Source of the DNA: Marsupella aquatica
Lineage: Eukaryota; Plantae; Marchantiophyta
Length of the DNA stretch: 64,000 nt
Assembly: GCA_973895155.1 (NCBI GenBank)
Contig: OZ316897.1
Location: 3,442,211-3,506,210 of the forward strand
Reading direction: 5' to 3'
In this document: positions 15,151-29,194 of the stretch, in pieces
How the letters are laid out: every line of letters starts with the position of its first letter
Numbering within the stretch: position 1 is the first letter of the stretch
Made by a program: the position numbers and the translations under genes
Notes under the pieces: model-generated
Seen by the model: only the letters and a program-made list of their open reading frames with translations
What the model was told of the DNA's origin: nothing
Databases searched by the model: none

Positions 15151-18100
15151 CTAGTTTTTCTAAGGTAAACTTTCGAGGGTGGCATGTTGGAGCTCTTGCC
15201 TCAATTTGATCATACTGCCTTTGGGCACCATTTTTTAGTTGGGGCTTGCCAGAGTCCATGTGTAATTCATCTATGAAGAATACCTGTCATGCAAAGCATC
15301 TATCATACTGTAACCTGAGAAATGTAGTTAGCGAACCAGGCGACCTTACACAGAATCTTGGTTGAGAAACTGAACTGAAGTCCGGAATACCGGCCATTTT
15401 TTAAAGCATGGAGAGTTGCTTAGACTGTTGTCAATCTTCGAGTCAAAATATTGCTAAATTACAATCAGGACCATTCAGCATTAGGGAGCAGGGATAAATC
15501 CCAGGAGGATGACAAAACTGAACGTCATGGTCATAAAGCGAGTTTTGGGGCCGCCCTTCGATAATGAGTGCCTTATCCTCACGCTATCTCTGCCTGCCGA
15601 GAACCATCCTGCAATTATCATGACTGTATATGACGAGTTGTGGCAGCTAGGGTAGGTTTGCTGTGTGTCAATCATGGCAGAGACAACAGGGGCTGTTGGG
15701 GCAGAGATAACAGGGTTCTACCAATGCTACATGTGCGCAAAGCAATTCTTAAAGCTCTAACTCTTATTGTATTCACCGAACCAATCATAGAAATGACTCC
15801 AACAAGTGGCTTTGCTTCAGTTTACACAAAAAACAAAAACAAAAGGATTCTTTGCCTTCTTCTCATTCAAAAACCAATGAGAGATTCATTCATTTCATTT
15901 CACTTACTGTCATCCTTGGTTTGGTATAATAACATTTTTACATCTGCCTTCCAAAAGAAGGACAGGTAGAGTCCCAAATTTGTAATGAAAAGCAGTTGGA
16001 GTCCTTCAATCCTGTTCATTGTGTCAATAGCATTTTGCCAAAATAATGGTCGTGGATCCTCTATAATTTCTGCCAATTGAGTGATGTCTTTCTTTGGCAG
16101 CCGGTTTAGTCCATTATCTTGTGAACTCTTGGCAGCTTAGAAGAATTGTAAAAATGAATCATGCTAATTGTATTTCTGTCACCTTGTGCAAATTGAAGTG
16201 CAAGCTGCGAAGGATTGAAGAGCTCAACCACAAGCTATTCATTCTAAGGACCTACTGCACTTAAGGTCGAGTGAGTGCCTCATATGTGAGCTTTTTGTGC
16301 CCTCTTGCTCGATTGTTTTCATTGGCCATTATATAGTGTTCCGAGTCGTGATCAGAACTAGTATTTGGATGGTCTGCTCACTTGTCTGGCTTCAAAGAAG
16401 AAAGTTAGATCGAGATGAAATAATCAGATCTCCTGATAATTACGTGATTACGTGATCCTCAGTACGACCTTGAGAAGCAAGGCGACATTGGAGGTCAAGC
16501 GCAGTGCTGCAGAGTTGTTGTGGGAGCTGGCAATTTGGGAGCCAAAAGCTGTAGGTAGCCTAGCTCGGGAGGACGACAACTTTAAGGAGCTACATATAGT
16601 TGTCAAAGGATGTGTTGACTGAGGTGTTGATGAAACAGTATGTTGAGGGGAAATTGATGTGGAGACTCAACAATCTTCTTCTAAGTGAAATTATAGCATC
16701 GTGTACAATAAGGTGTGGCACTAGCTACATCTGTATTTGCTCCTTTCTTTGTTGCTATCCTATGAGGTACATACATTCTTTATCAATAATGTCATCTGAT
16801 ACAATTGGCTTCCGCCCTCCCTGTGTTTTGCTAAATTGTAAAGTCTTAAATCAAGTTGCTATTTCTAGATTAGTCATAGTTTCTTGCTTAACGGTCAAAC
16901 AAGAAGCTGACGTTATCTGCCTTCATGGTAGAGTATGTCACTTTGGATTTTGTTACCTACGATCGGAGCATAGGTTTGGGCATAGGTTCTAATGCTGCAA
17001 AATGTACTGGTTATTGTCTTGAAGGTACTAAAACAAGTCAACAAGCCAACAACACTCTTCACAAATTTGACAGAGGTAGGTCATTCATTCGAGCTTCATC
17101 ATATCATTCTATTATCTTGTATTTTATTTTATGACTCAGGTGTTCTAGTTGTTTAAGGTGGCTATTCAATTCAAAAAAAATTCTATTACACCTAATGACA
17201 GGAAGTGTGCATGTTACCCAGGTGAGATTAGACTAAGAGTCATTTATTTCTTTCAGCTATTTCTTTTCCTGCACTTGCATGTGTGGGCTGGCAGGGATAC
17301 TCACATCTAAGTAGACCCAGGGAAGTCATGCCCTTGGTGGAAACTGTTGGGAAGTGATGTCCCAACAGCCTAGCGCTACTTAGAGGAGAGACAGGTTGCT
17401 TATGAAGGGGAGGGGGCCTTGGAGGTGATTGCCAATGGCAGAGAGTTTAGAGCCTAGTCCTTACATGTGGGTGGTCCAAGAGATATTCTTGGTTGTGGAT
17501 CATTCAACTTACAGAGTGAAAGTCTATGAGTAAATGTCAAACAGACCCTCCAACTCAGAGGAGAGGGATTGGAGTGTGGCTTGGCCCCGACTGCACATGG
17601 ATCTAGCACAATTGGGACAAGCTATATCTGGACAAGCTAATGAAGGCCATGTGCAGATCCCATACCCTCTTGTGCTTACACTGAAGCAAGAGTCCTTGCC
17701 AGCAAAGGGTACAACCCTTCCCACCCGAACAACTTTGGAGAAAGCTGCATGGATCTGGAAAAGTGAATCACCAAGAGAAATGGCTCGGATGGGGCAAGGC
17801 TCTCTTGGGGTTTGTCTTGTGGACGTGGTTCTATTGGTGAGAATCTATAGGTTTGTCTATATTTTTCTCATTCACGTATCAAATACTAATTTGTTCTTTG
17901 GTCTAGAGTTAAGAATTGTTTGCTTGAAAGGTTACTAAAGCCATACTAAGCAACTAAATGCCTCCAATAATTCTTGTGTTCTATCCTGCTTGACATGGTC
18001 CTCCACCATTAAGGCCAACTATCAGCCTTTATTGAAATATTCTTGATACACTTCCATCCAAACATAAGGGCCTTTTAAAACGCCTGAAGAGACTAGACGA

Positions 18101-18229
18101 TTCGGAAACAACCTGCCTTGGATGAGATTCATGTAACTATCCAGGCTTCTGATCTTCTCGCTTGCCCGCTCACTTGTCAAATGTTTACTTGTTCAAAATG
18201 AAAATGTATCATCTAAAATACAATTCATA

Positions 18230-19625
18230 TGTAGGAGGAAGTCCTTGCGGCCTACAATGTTGGCATTTCACCATCTCAGTCTGAACCTCCTGAAGACAAT
18301 CTAGAAGATACTTATCGATCAGTGTAAGGTAAAGTATTCATCCAATATAAGTACTTCAAATATATTTGTTCGCATTGAATCAAATAGATTTAATGCTAGA
18401 TTGAATTATTATTGATAATTGTTGAGAAGTTTTTGGGGAAGTTTTAAAGTTGTGGCTAAAGCGGTCAAGTTCATTTAAGTATTCACTTAAACATTTTTAC
18501 TAACAGCCTTATTGTGGGTTGAATAGTTTCAGCTGGGGGACAAAGTGAAACTAAAGGATTTGATTGGCAACAAGCAAGTGGCTGTAGGAATAGTGGTTGG
18601 AGTGTGGGGAAGCGGTGCTATGTTTCATGGGAAGTCCATCAGCCTTGGTCGAGTGAAAGTCAGGGTAGATAAGGTTTTTGTCCCCAAGTATGAATTGCCA
18701 TTTCCTAATCGTAACGATGATCCCCCTTAGGAGTACATTAGAGATGTTGCAGATAATTGGTGTTTGTTGTATGAACATTCTATGCGTCTCCAAAAATAGG
18801 TAGAAACTTTGGATATGTGAAAGACCTCAGTCAACTTGGATATGCAAATGGTTACACATGTGCCAATGCGGATATTGAAAAGTGTTGGAAACAACTTTCA
18901 TTTTTGTTATGATAATAGTAACAATGTGATGTTATTGTTCATCATTCATTTGTATCCACTTGCCGAAGGGATTGAGGTATGAGTACAAGTATATAAAGGT
19001 TACCATGAGTTATTGTTTTGTAAGTCTACCATATAGAGTTGCAATCATTTCAAATGACTACTGTCTTAATACAAGTATAAATGTGTTACCATGAATCATT
19101 TAATCTTACACCATATATACTGTCCTACCATTTGAAATGACTGAGTTCTAAATACAAGTATGGAAGTGCAGCCCTGAGTCATTCAATATTATTACAAGAT
19201 TGCACTATAGTCACTGTTCACAAGTATGAAAACATTACTGTACGTCATTAAAACTCACTATTGATTTACTTGCTAGTCATCAAAATGACTGCATTTTAAT
19301 ACAAATGTGTACCCATCCTATCCATACACTTGTCTGAACAAGATGTATATCCATCGTATCCATACACTTGTCTCAAGAGGGTGCACAATGAACATATTAA
19401 CTAGAGACAATATTAATTACCAAAATGCCTTTAACGACTACATATTGGTAGTCATTTTTAATCACCTATGATTTTAATGACCAAAAACATTTAAGTCATG
19501 CACAAATGACTTAATGCCCTAATCGATTGGCCATTTTTCACTGAAGTATTTTGGTAATTGCATGTCTGAAATGACTATATAAATGACTATAATCTTAGTA
19601 AGAAAATACACGATTGGTACTAGTG
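18230..19625 (+). mobile_element. CACTA (En/Spm) transposon 3' remnant
   Basis: Terminus GGTACTAGTG (reverse complement CACTAGTACC) ends at 19625. About ten ATGAC(T)/(A)GTCAT subterminal motifs occur in both orientations at 19050-19590. Peptide VAVGIVVGVWGSGAMFHGKSISLGRVKVRVDKVFVPKYELPFP (18545-18730) resembles the TnpA/TNP1-type C-terminal domain. The left boundary is not defined. Confidence 0.65.
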
Positions 19626-20636
19626 TCAGTTGGTGGCGTGCCCAGACAAACGGTTGGGGTCCAGGTGGGGGGGGGGGCCAAAATTTGGGGACCAAAGTAG
19701 GTCCGAGGGTGGTGGGTCTCTAGAAGCATATATGAGGGGAGTGGTGTCTCCCTGGGGGCTAAGGGAGAGTCGTAGTCGTGAGTCGCGGCGGTCGAGACAC
19801 TAAGGGAAAATGTCAAATGGAAACGGTTATGACTTCCAAACGGTGATGACTTCCCAACAGGAAGTTCATTGGAGGACTTCTTGGATGCATTGGAAAGCTC
19901 TCAAGGAGGACTACATCCTCTTGAGCTCAACTGGGTCTAGAGGTACCATGGATTCTCAGGGTCTGCGGGGGCTAGCTTGCCCGCTTGCCAAATCCTATCG
20001 AAACAGCAGCCAAGCCGCGTCCCAAGGGAGCTTGCGTTTAGGAGGCAAGGCCGAGTAGGCATGGAGGATGAGTTCCAAGTACACTTGGCCCCTAGGCTAC
20101 CAGCGGGCAAGAATTGGGAGTTGGTTGCTACATATGGGGCTTTTGGTCTCTGCGTGTTGGGACAAACTTTAGGACAAGCTACACTATTTGGGCCATGAAC
20201 ATGTCCTGGAGGCAGGGTAGTCAGTTGGTGATGGATAGGTACAAGGGGAACCCGGGTTGCACCCAAGGAAGGAGTTGTTCTTAACAAACAATGGGTGTCG
20301 GTTTTGGTTTCGGCTTATGGCATCTAGAGGACCTATCGCTGACCTACTTACCAATGTCTGTTGAGCTTGAGTTAGGATGCTAGACCGGGTGCTAGACTTG
20401 GGAGATCAGATGAGGGGTTACTTACCGGAGTGTTTGGTTTGCTTGTGTAGACAGTGTGGACCGTTGAGCGACGGTCGTGCTAGGGAGCGAGTGCGGCTTT
20501 GTATGGGAGGGGTCGCAGGTAACATTGAGGGCACCAAGTTGCTTGCTCGAGGAGTTCCATGGAGGTGTCCGGGAACCAAGGGCACTTAAGCGTGAGTGCT
20601 CGGATTGGTGAGGGTGCTGGGTGGCTAGGTCCATCA
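19626..20636 (+). repeat. GC-rich LTR-like repeat, copy 1 (5'-truncated by the CACTA end)
   Basis: Colinear with 27729-28705 at roughly 80% identity by eye (shared CCAAAATTTGGGGACCAAAG and GGAAAGCTCTCAAGGAGGACTACATCCTC). Ends in ...GGTCCATCA. Confidence 0.75.
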
Positions 20637-23600
20637 CTCATCAACATACCCTCTAAGTATCATAGTGGTGCACATGGTCATTGCAAGTGAAAGGTGCAGG
20701 GTTCAAAGCATTGCTGATATTAATACTTTGGTATTTATTGACCTGGATTTGTGTGCTCCTTTTATGTCATTTCTAAGTAGGAACAATTATTGGGAGGAAA
20801 AAACTTGTTTAGAGGTAATCTAACACAATAAAGAAAAATATAGGACATAATTCTAAGAGGGTTTACATCCAATTTCATATGGATAGATATACAAGGAAAG
20901 ACTACATAGGATAAATCAGATCTTAGATAAGGACAATTGAAAAATATACATTTTGAGCAGGTCAGGTGTCTTGTCTTTATATTGTACTCATCATGGAGTT
21001 ACTGAATATTTAGCTTTAGGGGGTGAGGCTCTCACTATACCAAATAGATCGCTTATACTCATTTGACCAGTCAATGGAGTGTAAACCTTATTCAAGCAAT
21101 TTTTCCGCTAGACCCTCATTTGAATGAGCTTCTCAAGGAGCCCATATGCATTATCTGTCTCCAAATGTTTCAATCTGCTGGCAAGAAGCCCGCAAGCATT
21201 CAATATGATGTTGATTGATGTTCTTACATTTTGTGTGGCTGAAAAAATGTAGTTGCAAAGCATGATGGCGACATTGTCAAGTTTTCCAACATCAGCCCCA
21301 TCCACAACTGTCCTGTCAGCATCTATCATTGGAGAATGGTCTTGATCACCTTCTACAAGAAACATGTTGCACCATACACAAATAGATGGCCAGGATAAAC
21401 TAGTTAAAATCTGCATTGTGTGAGCATGAGGAAAGATGGCTTTAGAATTGGCTGACAATTATTCAATGGAGAATGAAATTTAGATCAGAAGTTCTTCAAC
21501 ATGCAAAATAAAACTCACACCACCATTCTATGCAAAAGCATTTGGGTAACTCAAAGTAGTGGCCTCACATCCTCACTTTAGCTTCTTGGATAGTACGATG
21601 CTCTTGTCTATATACAAAAACTGCAAAACCCCGTCCAACTTGCTCCAAAAGATGCATTTGATTCAAACAAGGTTTCCACCTTGTTAAATTGTTTACTTTA
21701 TTACAGAAACCCTAAACTTTTTGTGTTTCTCCTTTTTGTAGTGTTCTCAGGTTGTAGCACAAAACTCCAAAGGAGAGACCTTGTAACCCCCTAGCCAGCT
21801 TGGCCCAATCATAATCCAGATTCAATTGTAATTATTGGGCATCAATACTCTAAGGAAACTTACATAGGGTATCCCATCTCCTATTGGCGATCATGGGTTG
21901 TGTAGCCCCCTTCAAGCGATTGTGTGACAAGCTTCTCCAACAATTATACATATTAAGTAAAGAGATTAATTTTTTTGCACTGGAGTCATAAGTTTAACTT
22001 GGATTTCCATCTAAACCTATGGACTTTCAAGGGATCTTAAAATACCATTTTCTGAATTTTGCTTTTTCCACTTAATTACGTGTCATCATAGTTGTTCAAA
22101 GATATCTTACTCATACAATATGAATAGAAGCTAGAGTTGGGATCTAGACTTCTAGAGTGAAACCTCTAGATCGTGACTTTGGGGCCCCACTGTGAGGATG
22201 GAAAGAATGATGATCATACATGTTTTGTGTCATGGTTCCTATTGACATTTAAAGAAATCAATGGACATTCAGGCTTGTATTTCGACGAATCACATCAACC
22301 ACTATAACCTTGCAATCTTGCCAAAACTCATCCATTGAGTTGTAGAAGGAAGAAATCCTTGCCGTTGGATCATGAGCCTGTTTTCTATTTACCTTAACAA
22401 TCACCCTGACACTACTCCTAAAGCCTTCCCACTTGCCTCTCCCGCTCTTGCAAACTTCTCCAACTTGCTTGCACTGCCAGTGTTGCACCTCAATCTACAT
22501 GCAACATTCTGCCTCCCAAATCAACGCCTATGCATGGGGGGTTGATTAAAAAAAATATAGGAACCACGTATCCAAAAGATGTATTATTGATAAATAAGTA
22601 GGAGGCACAAAAGAATAAGGTAAACTTGCATTTCTAGAATACTCTCTAATATATAAATTTTATAAACTAAAAGAGATCATTAAGATTGAAAATAAAGAAT
22701 ATTCTTGGAACATTTTTTGTAAAATAGGTGTATTTATATTAAGCTAGAATCACAAGTGGCACCCCAAAAGAATACACTAGGTTAACCGCCCAAGGTGCAA
22801 GGAGGGGGAGGAGAGAAAGGAAATAATGAGGAGTGAGAGAGGAAAACAGAAAACTGTTTTCTCCCTTGTCATTGCCTTTCTTTTTTCACACCTGTGCCGC
22901 CCCTCCATCTCCAACAACACATAAGAGTGCCACAGGCCTGACCTCATGTGTGACTTCCCTGACTAGATTTTGCTTGGACAACTCTTTTGCATTAATCGTG
23001 GTATCACAACACCCTAGATGACAATTCATTTCTCAATGACCTTCTTGCCTTTCAGACTTTTGAATCAATGACACATAAGGTGCTATATCTATTTCCTTGC
23101 TTGGCCTATATATTTTTTCCCTCACCTCCACAATTTACATACAAAGCATGTGCATTGGGCTTGTGTAAGTTTAGAAATACTATTCTAGCAAAAGATTTGA
23201 ATGGAAATCAATAGTGCACCACAGATTACAAATAATTAGGGAAGGTCGCATAGAGAAGTCAAAATACAATCATCCTTCTCTAACTGCGCCTACCAGGAAG
23301 AAGCATCTATAGTGCAAACCCCAATAGTACAAGAAAGTACAAGAAATTTAGAAGGATTCTGCCCATACCGATAACTGCATGTACACTTATAAAGGGTTCG
23401 CACTTACTAATTGTCCAGTTAGAAAAAGAACTTAGGCTTTGCACTTGCCAAAAGTGAAAATAAAAGGTGCAAACTTCGAGTAGGAAAATGGAAGAAGGAG
23501 ATGCGTTGCAATTAGCCAAGCTTTGCATTGAAGCAGTGTGCACTTAGAGCCAGGTTTTGCACTTACTGTGTGCAAAGGATCCGTGGTGGTACCGGCTGGC

Positions 23601-26600
23601 GATGAAAAGTGGGTGTACGGTTAACACTGCAAGCACGCGTTAAAAGTTTGAGGCGGTTCGGGTTAGCTACTCGTCGTGCATTCATCACTGGCATCAGTCC
23701 ATCCATCCAACGCATGGCTCCAGTACCTAGATCGATAGATAAAAAGTTTATCACGTCCAGGTACATCTAAAAGACTCATGCTCATCCAGAGGTACCTGAC
23801 ACTCACATATCTACTACAGTATGTATGCATCATTCCGTCCATGTGAATGCCATGTCAATTGAATGTAACGTCTATACGACAATCGACAATGCTTGTCACA
23901 CACTAAAGACATACACTGTATGAATTTCCATATATTATACGTACTATATATCCTCTATACTCTGGAGTTTCACATGCGTGTATTGTGTACATGGCCACAT
24001 GCAGCCATGCAGGCTTCCATGGTATGTGAACACATGGGACACATGCTCTGCTTTATCTCTTTAGACAATCAGGTAAGGTAATTACTGCAACAGGGTCTGT
24101 ACGTATGTACAGGGAGTATCATGCACTTCCGTGCTGTCTGAGGCACTTTCCTTTCTCGTTTGTCATTATGAAAATGTTCAAATTCAATTACCAGCTGGTA
24201 ATTTGCTCGCAGTTTTAACTTATTCCGACTTATTCCACTCATTGTCGCACGTCTCTTACAATTCTATTTCCTATGTCCTGTTTGCTAAGCCAACATGATG
24301 AAACAAAAGCTTCAGGAGTTTGCTTTTTACATTGTATATTTGGCATGTAATTTAGTTCTGTATCAATTGGTGGTTCCCCTCACCAGGATATTGGTAGTGG
24401 CAATTTTGCCACACTCCACCTTTCACAAAAACTTTTGCCACACCTTGTTAAAACCTAGGAGCTAGTCACACCCAATAATTTTTTGTGAGCTGAATGAGAA
24501 GGTTTCTCCAAAAGTTGAGGGAGTCCTACAGTAGCATTTTAATCTGAGCAACTCTGGTCCTTAACAATGGTCCGTAAAATCCTCCTGAAAAGATTTGACA
24601 GTAGTACTCTGGTAATTCTCTAAATGCATTAAGTAATGGTCATGTTCTTATTTTGTATGCAATGCTTTGCTCAGAGGGTGCATGGAAAAACTTCTCACAA
24701 GATGAATGTAATAACTGCACCAAGCATGATTACATGAAACAGAAAAGGAAAGGTATGAGATGCAGCACATTCCAAAAATCATATTTAGAAACGCACAAAA
24801 CGACATCTAACTATACAATCACTATCAAAAGCTTGTCTTCAGGGCCTACAACCATGATTCCCCTGGCATAACTGAAGTTGGAGATGTGAGTGAAAAATAG
24901 ACTCACTGGGTGTAGGGTGAGTGCTTGAAAATGACACACTGAACTCCATTTTTGTTCAAATAACAGACACCAAGGTTAGTTTGTCCTTCTCCATTTTCCT
25001 GCTGCAACAAGATAGCATAGTGTTCCTCCCACATAGGACCTCCTTCTGCCATGAATTGTGGATCATGAGGAGTAGGTACAGAGAACTCAAGGTGAAGGAC
25101 TTTAACGTGACTTTGAGAAGGAATGAATAGGAAGAAACGATACTCACATCAAAAGTCATTCCTTCACAAAAAATCTTGAAAAGCAAAAGGATGTTTTCAT
25201 TGGTAATTTCTGGTTAGAACGAATCCAAGGTCAGTGGAATTTCTAGTGGCACATCTCTTTACTGAATGGAATGATATTTCACTAGCACATACCCTATGTT
25301 TCTTGCATCTTTTGAATTTTTGGCAAAATGGATTTCAAGAATCTGGGCAAAATTCTAGGGTCAACTGAACTCAGACTAGGAAATAAATAAAAACCAGCAA
25401 GTTAGAAGGAGGAGAGTATTTTGGAAAAAACAAGAAATGAAATGAAATGCACTGATTATTGAAAGGATATAAGGTCAGGATATAAACGTTACGGTGAGAT
25501 ATGTCGTATTTGGACCATATAAAATACATTAATTTTACAATGTGGTAGGGGGTTAATTTTCGTCTCCCATCAGCAAGATGAAGGTAAGAGTACTTTATGC
25601 GAACAATAATTTCCCTTTACCAATTCTAACTTTAGCTGCCAAAAAATATAATTAAATACTAATTGTGTCGAGTGCATTCATAAATGATCCACACAGCCTG
25701 CATGACCACTTAAACGGTACATCGGTATATTTATAAATGATGATGCCAACTTTGTGCATGGTCATCCATGCAGGACCCCACTCTTTATCCATCGGTCATC
25801 CATCCATGATGATCATTCTGTACCTGGGGAAAGCGGAAAGAGAAGGAAGGTTAGACACCAGGATGATGAAAGAGAGCGGAGGTAAAGCGGGACTGTCAGG
25901 ATTGTGGATACCGGGACCAGGAAACGACGTTGGGAACAGGACAACTTCTGGTGCACCGAATATCGGCAGGGGAGGATTCTGGTATGGGCCCGCCGGGAAC
26001 GAGCGGGAGTTTTCCCGGCCAGCCTTGATAGGCTTCCAATTCGAGACAGAAGTGCTAGCTGTAGTGCTGTACCGTGTCGACGGCTGCCGATAGGCTTGTT
26101 GACCGTTGGGGATGTAGTACCCTTTGTTCAGGGAGAGTAAAGGAGATGCTTAGTTAAGTACCGTAAGCTGTCGAGCGTAATTAAGTACCAATTCACATTC
26201 AAATGTTATGCTCGTATTATCGACAAAACACCCAAGTTCATTTACAAAAGAGGCCAAATAAAGTACAATGAAAACAAGCAAAGGATTACAAAATTGGAAG
26301 CCCCCATGTGTAGGTTGGTGGAACCCCATAAACCTCATGTCCCAAAAATTGAGTTTAATTGTAAATAATTTGATAAACATAAATTCAAATATTTTTTGGT
26401 TTTGGGATATGCCTGGGGAGATATGTAAACATGGACATTTAATTTTTGGTGTATGCCTGAGGATATATCTAAACATGGACATTTAATTTTTGACCATTTT
26501 GGTTGAGTTTTTAATCATGAAATGAGGAGAGGTAAATTCTATTTGATTAGTTTTCATTGTGTTAATATAAAATATTTGGGTTTGTGATGTTTCTCAGTCT

Positions 26601-27236
26601 CCTCCTCTAGTTGCCTTGCAGGTGTAGGACTCAAAATTATTTTAGGATTTATAATCATCAAGTTATGGACCCAAAATTGTACAGTAGCTCAAAATTTCAG
26701 CCCTCAATAACAATCACGAGCTCCAAATTGTGAGCAAGAAAATGACATATTGTGGAGACAGTTTTCTTCACAAAAACATCTGATGTTTTTGTGAGGCACA
26801 TTAGGAGGGCTGAGAACAATAGTAAGAGCGCCATAGATGCCTCCATCACCAACAGTCCAATGTGACAACATGTGACAAAAATCTCCATATTTATTTTGAG
26901 AAAAACACAGGGAAACTAATGTGCCAACATGTGTAAAGTTTTTTGGTGGAAACAAGTGGTTTTCAAGTGGGCCACAGAAATATGACTACCAAGGTGGGAG
27001 GCTCAATCGGAATTTTTCTGAAAGGTTTTGATACCAGGTTGGACTGATGTTGGGCCAGGTTAGATATAGAGCAATGTAGTCTGTCCAATTGTGTGCTCTC
27101 AACATTGGATGACTTGGGGTAATCATACAGGATTTAACTTAACCAGTGCTGGAAAAAGTGGCAAAAATAGGATAAAGTAAACGGCTGATGGAAGAAGGTT
27201 GCTAGGAGATTTTGTACAAAACAGGGTTTTACTTTT

Positions 27237-28705
27237 CAGTCGTGGAACTCGACTACCTTAACACTTAGCTCCGGCATAGCTGATTCTGACGCCAAGCTCC
27301 CCTATGGTCCAGGCCCAGAACGGCCATCCAGGAGGACTTAGCATGGGGAAACTTGTGGGCAACGGGGTGTGGCACTGGCGAAGGCAAGGCGCTAAGCTTG
27401 GGACACACACTAAGGACTTAGACTAGCCGAGGGCTGGTCGGGTCAAGGAGAAAGGGCGTGATTCAAGATCGACCTGTCCGGACCCCAGGACAGACTTTGA
27501 GTTCTGAGGGCTTAAGTGAGAGCTCCTCTTGGGCCCAAGGCAAATGAAGTTCTCTCCATGGGCAACGGACGCTTGGGACATGAGTTACGGCCCAACCTAG
27601 GTTTGGCCGATCGGGGGTCCTGGGCGAGGACAGGTTCTGAGGTCCTAGGCATGAGCATTGAGTCAGCCCAATCACAACGGGCTAAGGCACTCTACTTATA
27701 GACGCCTAACTAGAAAGTTAGGGCATTGCCAGCTGGTGACGCGCCCAAACGTGTGGGTTGGGGTCCAAGAGGGGTGCCAAAATTTGGGGACCAAAGTGGG
27801 TCCGGGGGTGGCAGGTCTCCAGAAGCATATGTGAGGGGAGTGGTGTCTCCCTGGGGGCTAAGGGTGAGCCGAAATCATGAGCCGCGGCGACCGCGACACG
27901 AAGGGAAAATGTCAAACGGAAATGGTGATAATTTCCCAACGGGAAGTCCGTTGGTGGACTTCTTGGATGCGTTGGAAAGCTCTCAAGGAGGACTACATCC
28001 TCCTGAGCTTAGCTAGGTCTAGGGGTGCCATGGATTCTTGGGGTTTGCGGGGGCTATCTTGCCCGCTTGCCAAATCTTGCCGAAAGAGCAGCCAAGCCGC
28101 GTTCAGTCTCTCTAGGGAGCTTGCGTCGGGGAGGAAAGGCCAAGTAGGCATGGAAGTTGAGTTCCAAGTGCACTTGGCCCCTAGGTTGTCAATGGAGTGA
28201 GAACTAGGAGTTGGTCGCTAAAGTTGGAGTCATGTCCCGACGTGTTGGGACAAGCTTAAGGGCAAGCTACGCTAGTTGGGTCATGAGCATGTCCTGGGGA
28301 CAGGGCAGTCAATTGGTGATGGATAGGTATGAGGGGGAACCTGGACTGCACCCAAAGTGGGGCTGTTGTGGACGAACAATGGGTTCCAACTTATGGCAAC
28401 GGGAGGACCTATTGCTGACCTATTTACCAATTGTCTGTTTAGCTTGAGTTAGGATGCTAGACTTGGGGGATCTAGTCAGATCCTATTGGTTTACTTACCG
28501 AGGCACTTGGTTGCTTGTGCAGATAGTGAGGATTGTTGAGCAACGATCGTGTTAGGGAGGAAACACGACTTTGTATGGGAGTGACCGTAAACGGTGCAAG
28601 GAGCATCTAGTTGCTTGCTCAAGGAGTTCCATGGAGGCGTTTGGGCACCAAGGGCCCTTAGGCGTGGGTGCTGGGATTGGTGAGGGCATTGGGTGGCAAG
28701 GTCCA
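27237..28705 (+). repeat. GC-rich LTR-like repeat, copy 2 (longer; possible solo LTR)
   Basis: The 3' ~1 kb is homologous to 19626-20636, preceded by ~490 bp of extra GC-rich sequence. CTTTT occurs on both flanks (27232-27236, 28706-28710) as a possible TSD. The 5' end is not TG, so the boundaries are tentative. Confidence 0.6.
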
Positions 28706-28849
28706 CTTTTTCCCTGAATATGAAATTCATGAAATTTCCTTTAATTTTTATGATCTTTGTGTACATGAATAAATAAAGTATTCCATTCGTCCATATTGGC
28801 AACTTATCTTGTCAAATACTAGGGGTCCTCACTTATTTCCTTTCTACCC

Positions 28850-29194
28850 TGTTAGAATGAACTCTTGGGTCTAGAGTTATGACTGTACCACAGTTCCAAC
28901 TAACCTTAGTTGTAGACTAGATTAGGTTAGTCATGTTGCACACCTGCCATACCCAAACAGTGTTTGCTTGGAGAGTGGAAATTCATGCTCATTGTTACAG
29001 AGCCTATTGAGAAATAGGGAGAGCTTGTGTTGTGGATACTTGGTATGGCCGGTTGGTCTAGAGTACAATAAATCTCTTGTGTGTTCCTGTGGACGTAACC
29101 TCATGTGGAGGTGAATCACATATCTCTTTGTGTCAAATACTTGATTGTTGGATGGTAATGGGCTTATTGTTGTGAATATCGTCAATGCTCAACA
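28850..29194 (+). mobile_element. Old, diverged Copia solo LTR related to the LTR family at 56594-63148
   Basis: TGTTAG...GCTCAACA ends with a near-TSD TACCC/TACTC. Internal blocks (GTTGCACAC, GCTTGGAGAG, GCTCATTGTTA, ATAGGGAGAGCTT, CTCTTGTGTGTTCC-GTGGACGTA, GGAGGTGAA, GTTGGATGGT) are colinear with the young Copia LTR. Confidence 0.85.

Noticed and set aside
20660-20715. tRNA-like A/B-box trace (CATAGTGGT...GGGTTCAAA)
   Set aside because: Too degenerate, with no cloverleaf. No tRNA, rRNA or snRNA gene was recognised anywhere in the window.
24810-25052. Possible small minus-strand gene MAEGGPMWEEHYAILLQQ...
   Set aside because: Extending it needs a 35-nt intron, too short for a plant, and no family was recognised.
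21108-26140. Scattered 60-118 aa ORFs (21108-21458, 22258-22488, 23563-23766, 25737-26093)
   Set aside because: No motifs or consistent exon chain could be built. Probably decayed TE or gene debris.
19626-28705. The two ~1-kb direct repeats as paired LTRs of one 9-kb retrotransposon
   Set aside because: No PBS, PPT or gag/pol remnants were recognised between them, the copies differ in extent, and no shared TSD encloses the pair. Independent insertions are more likely.
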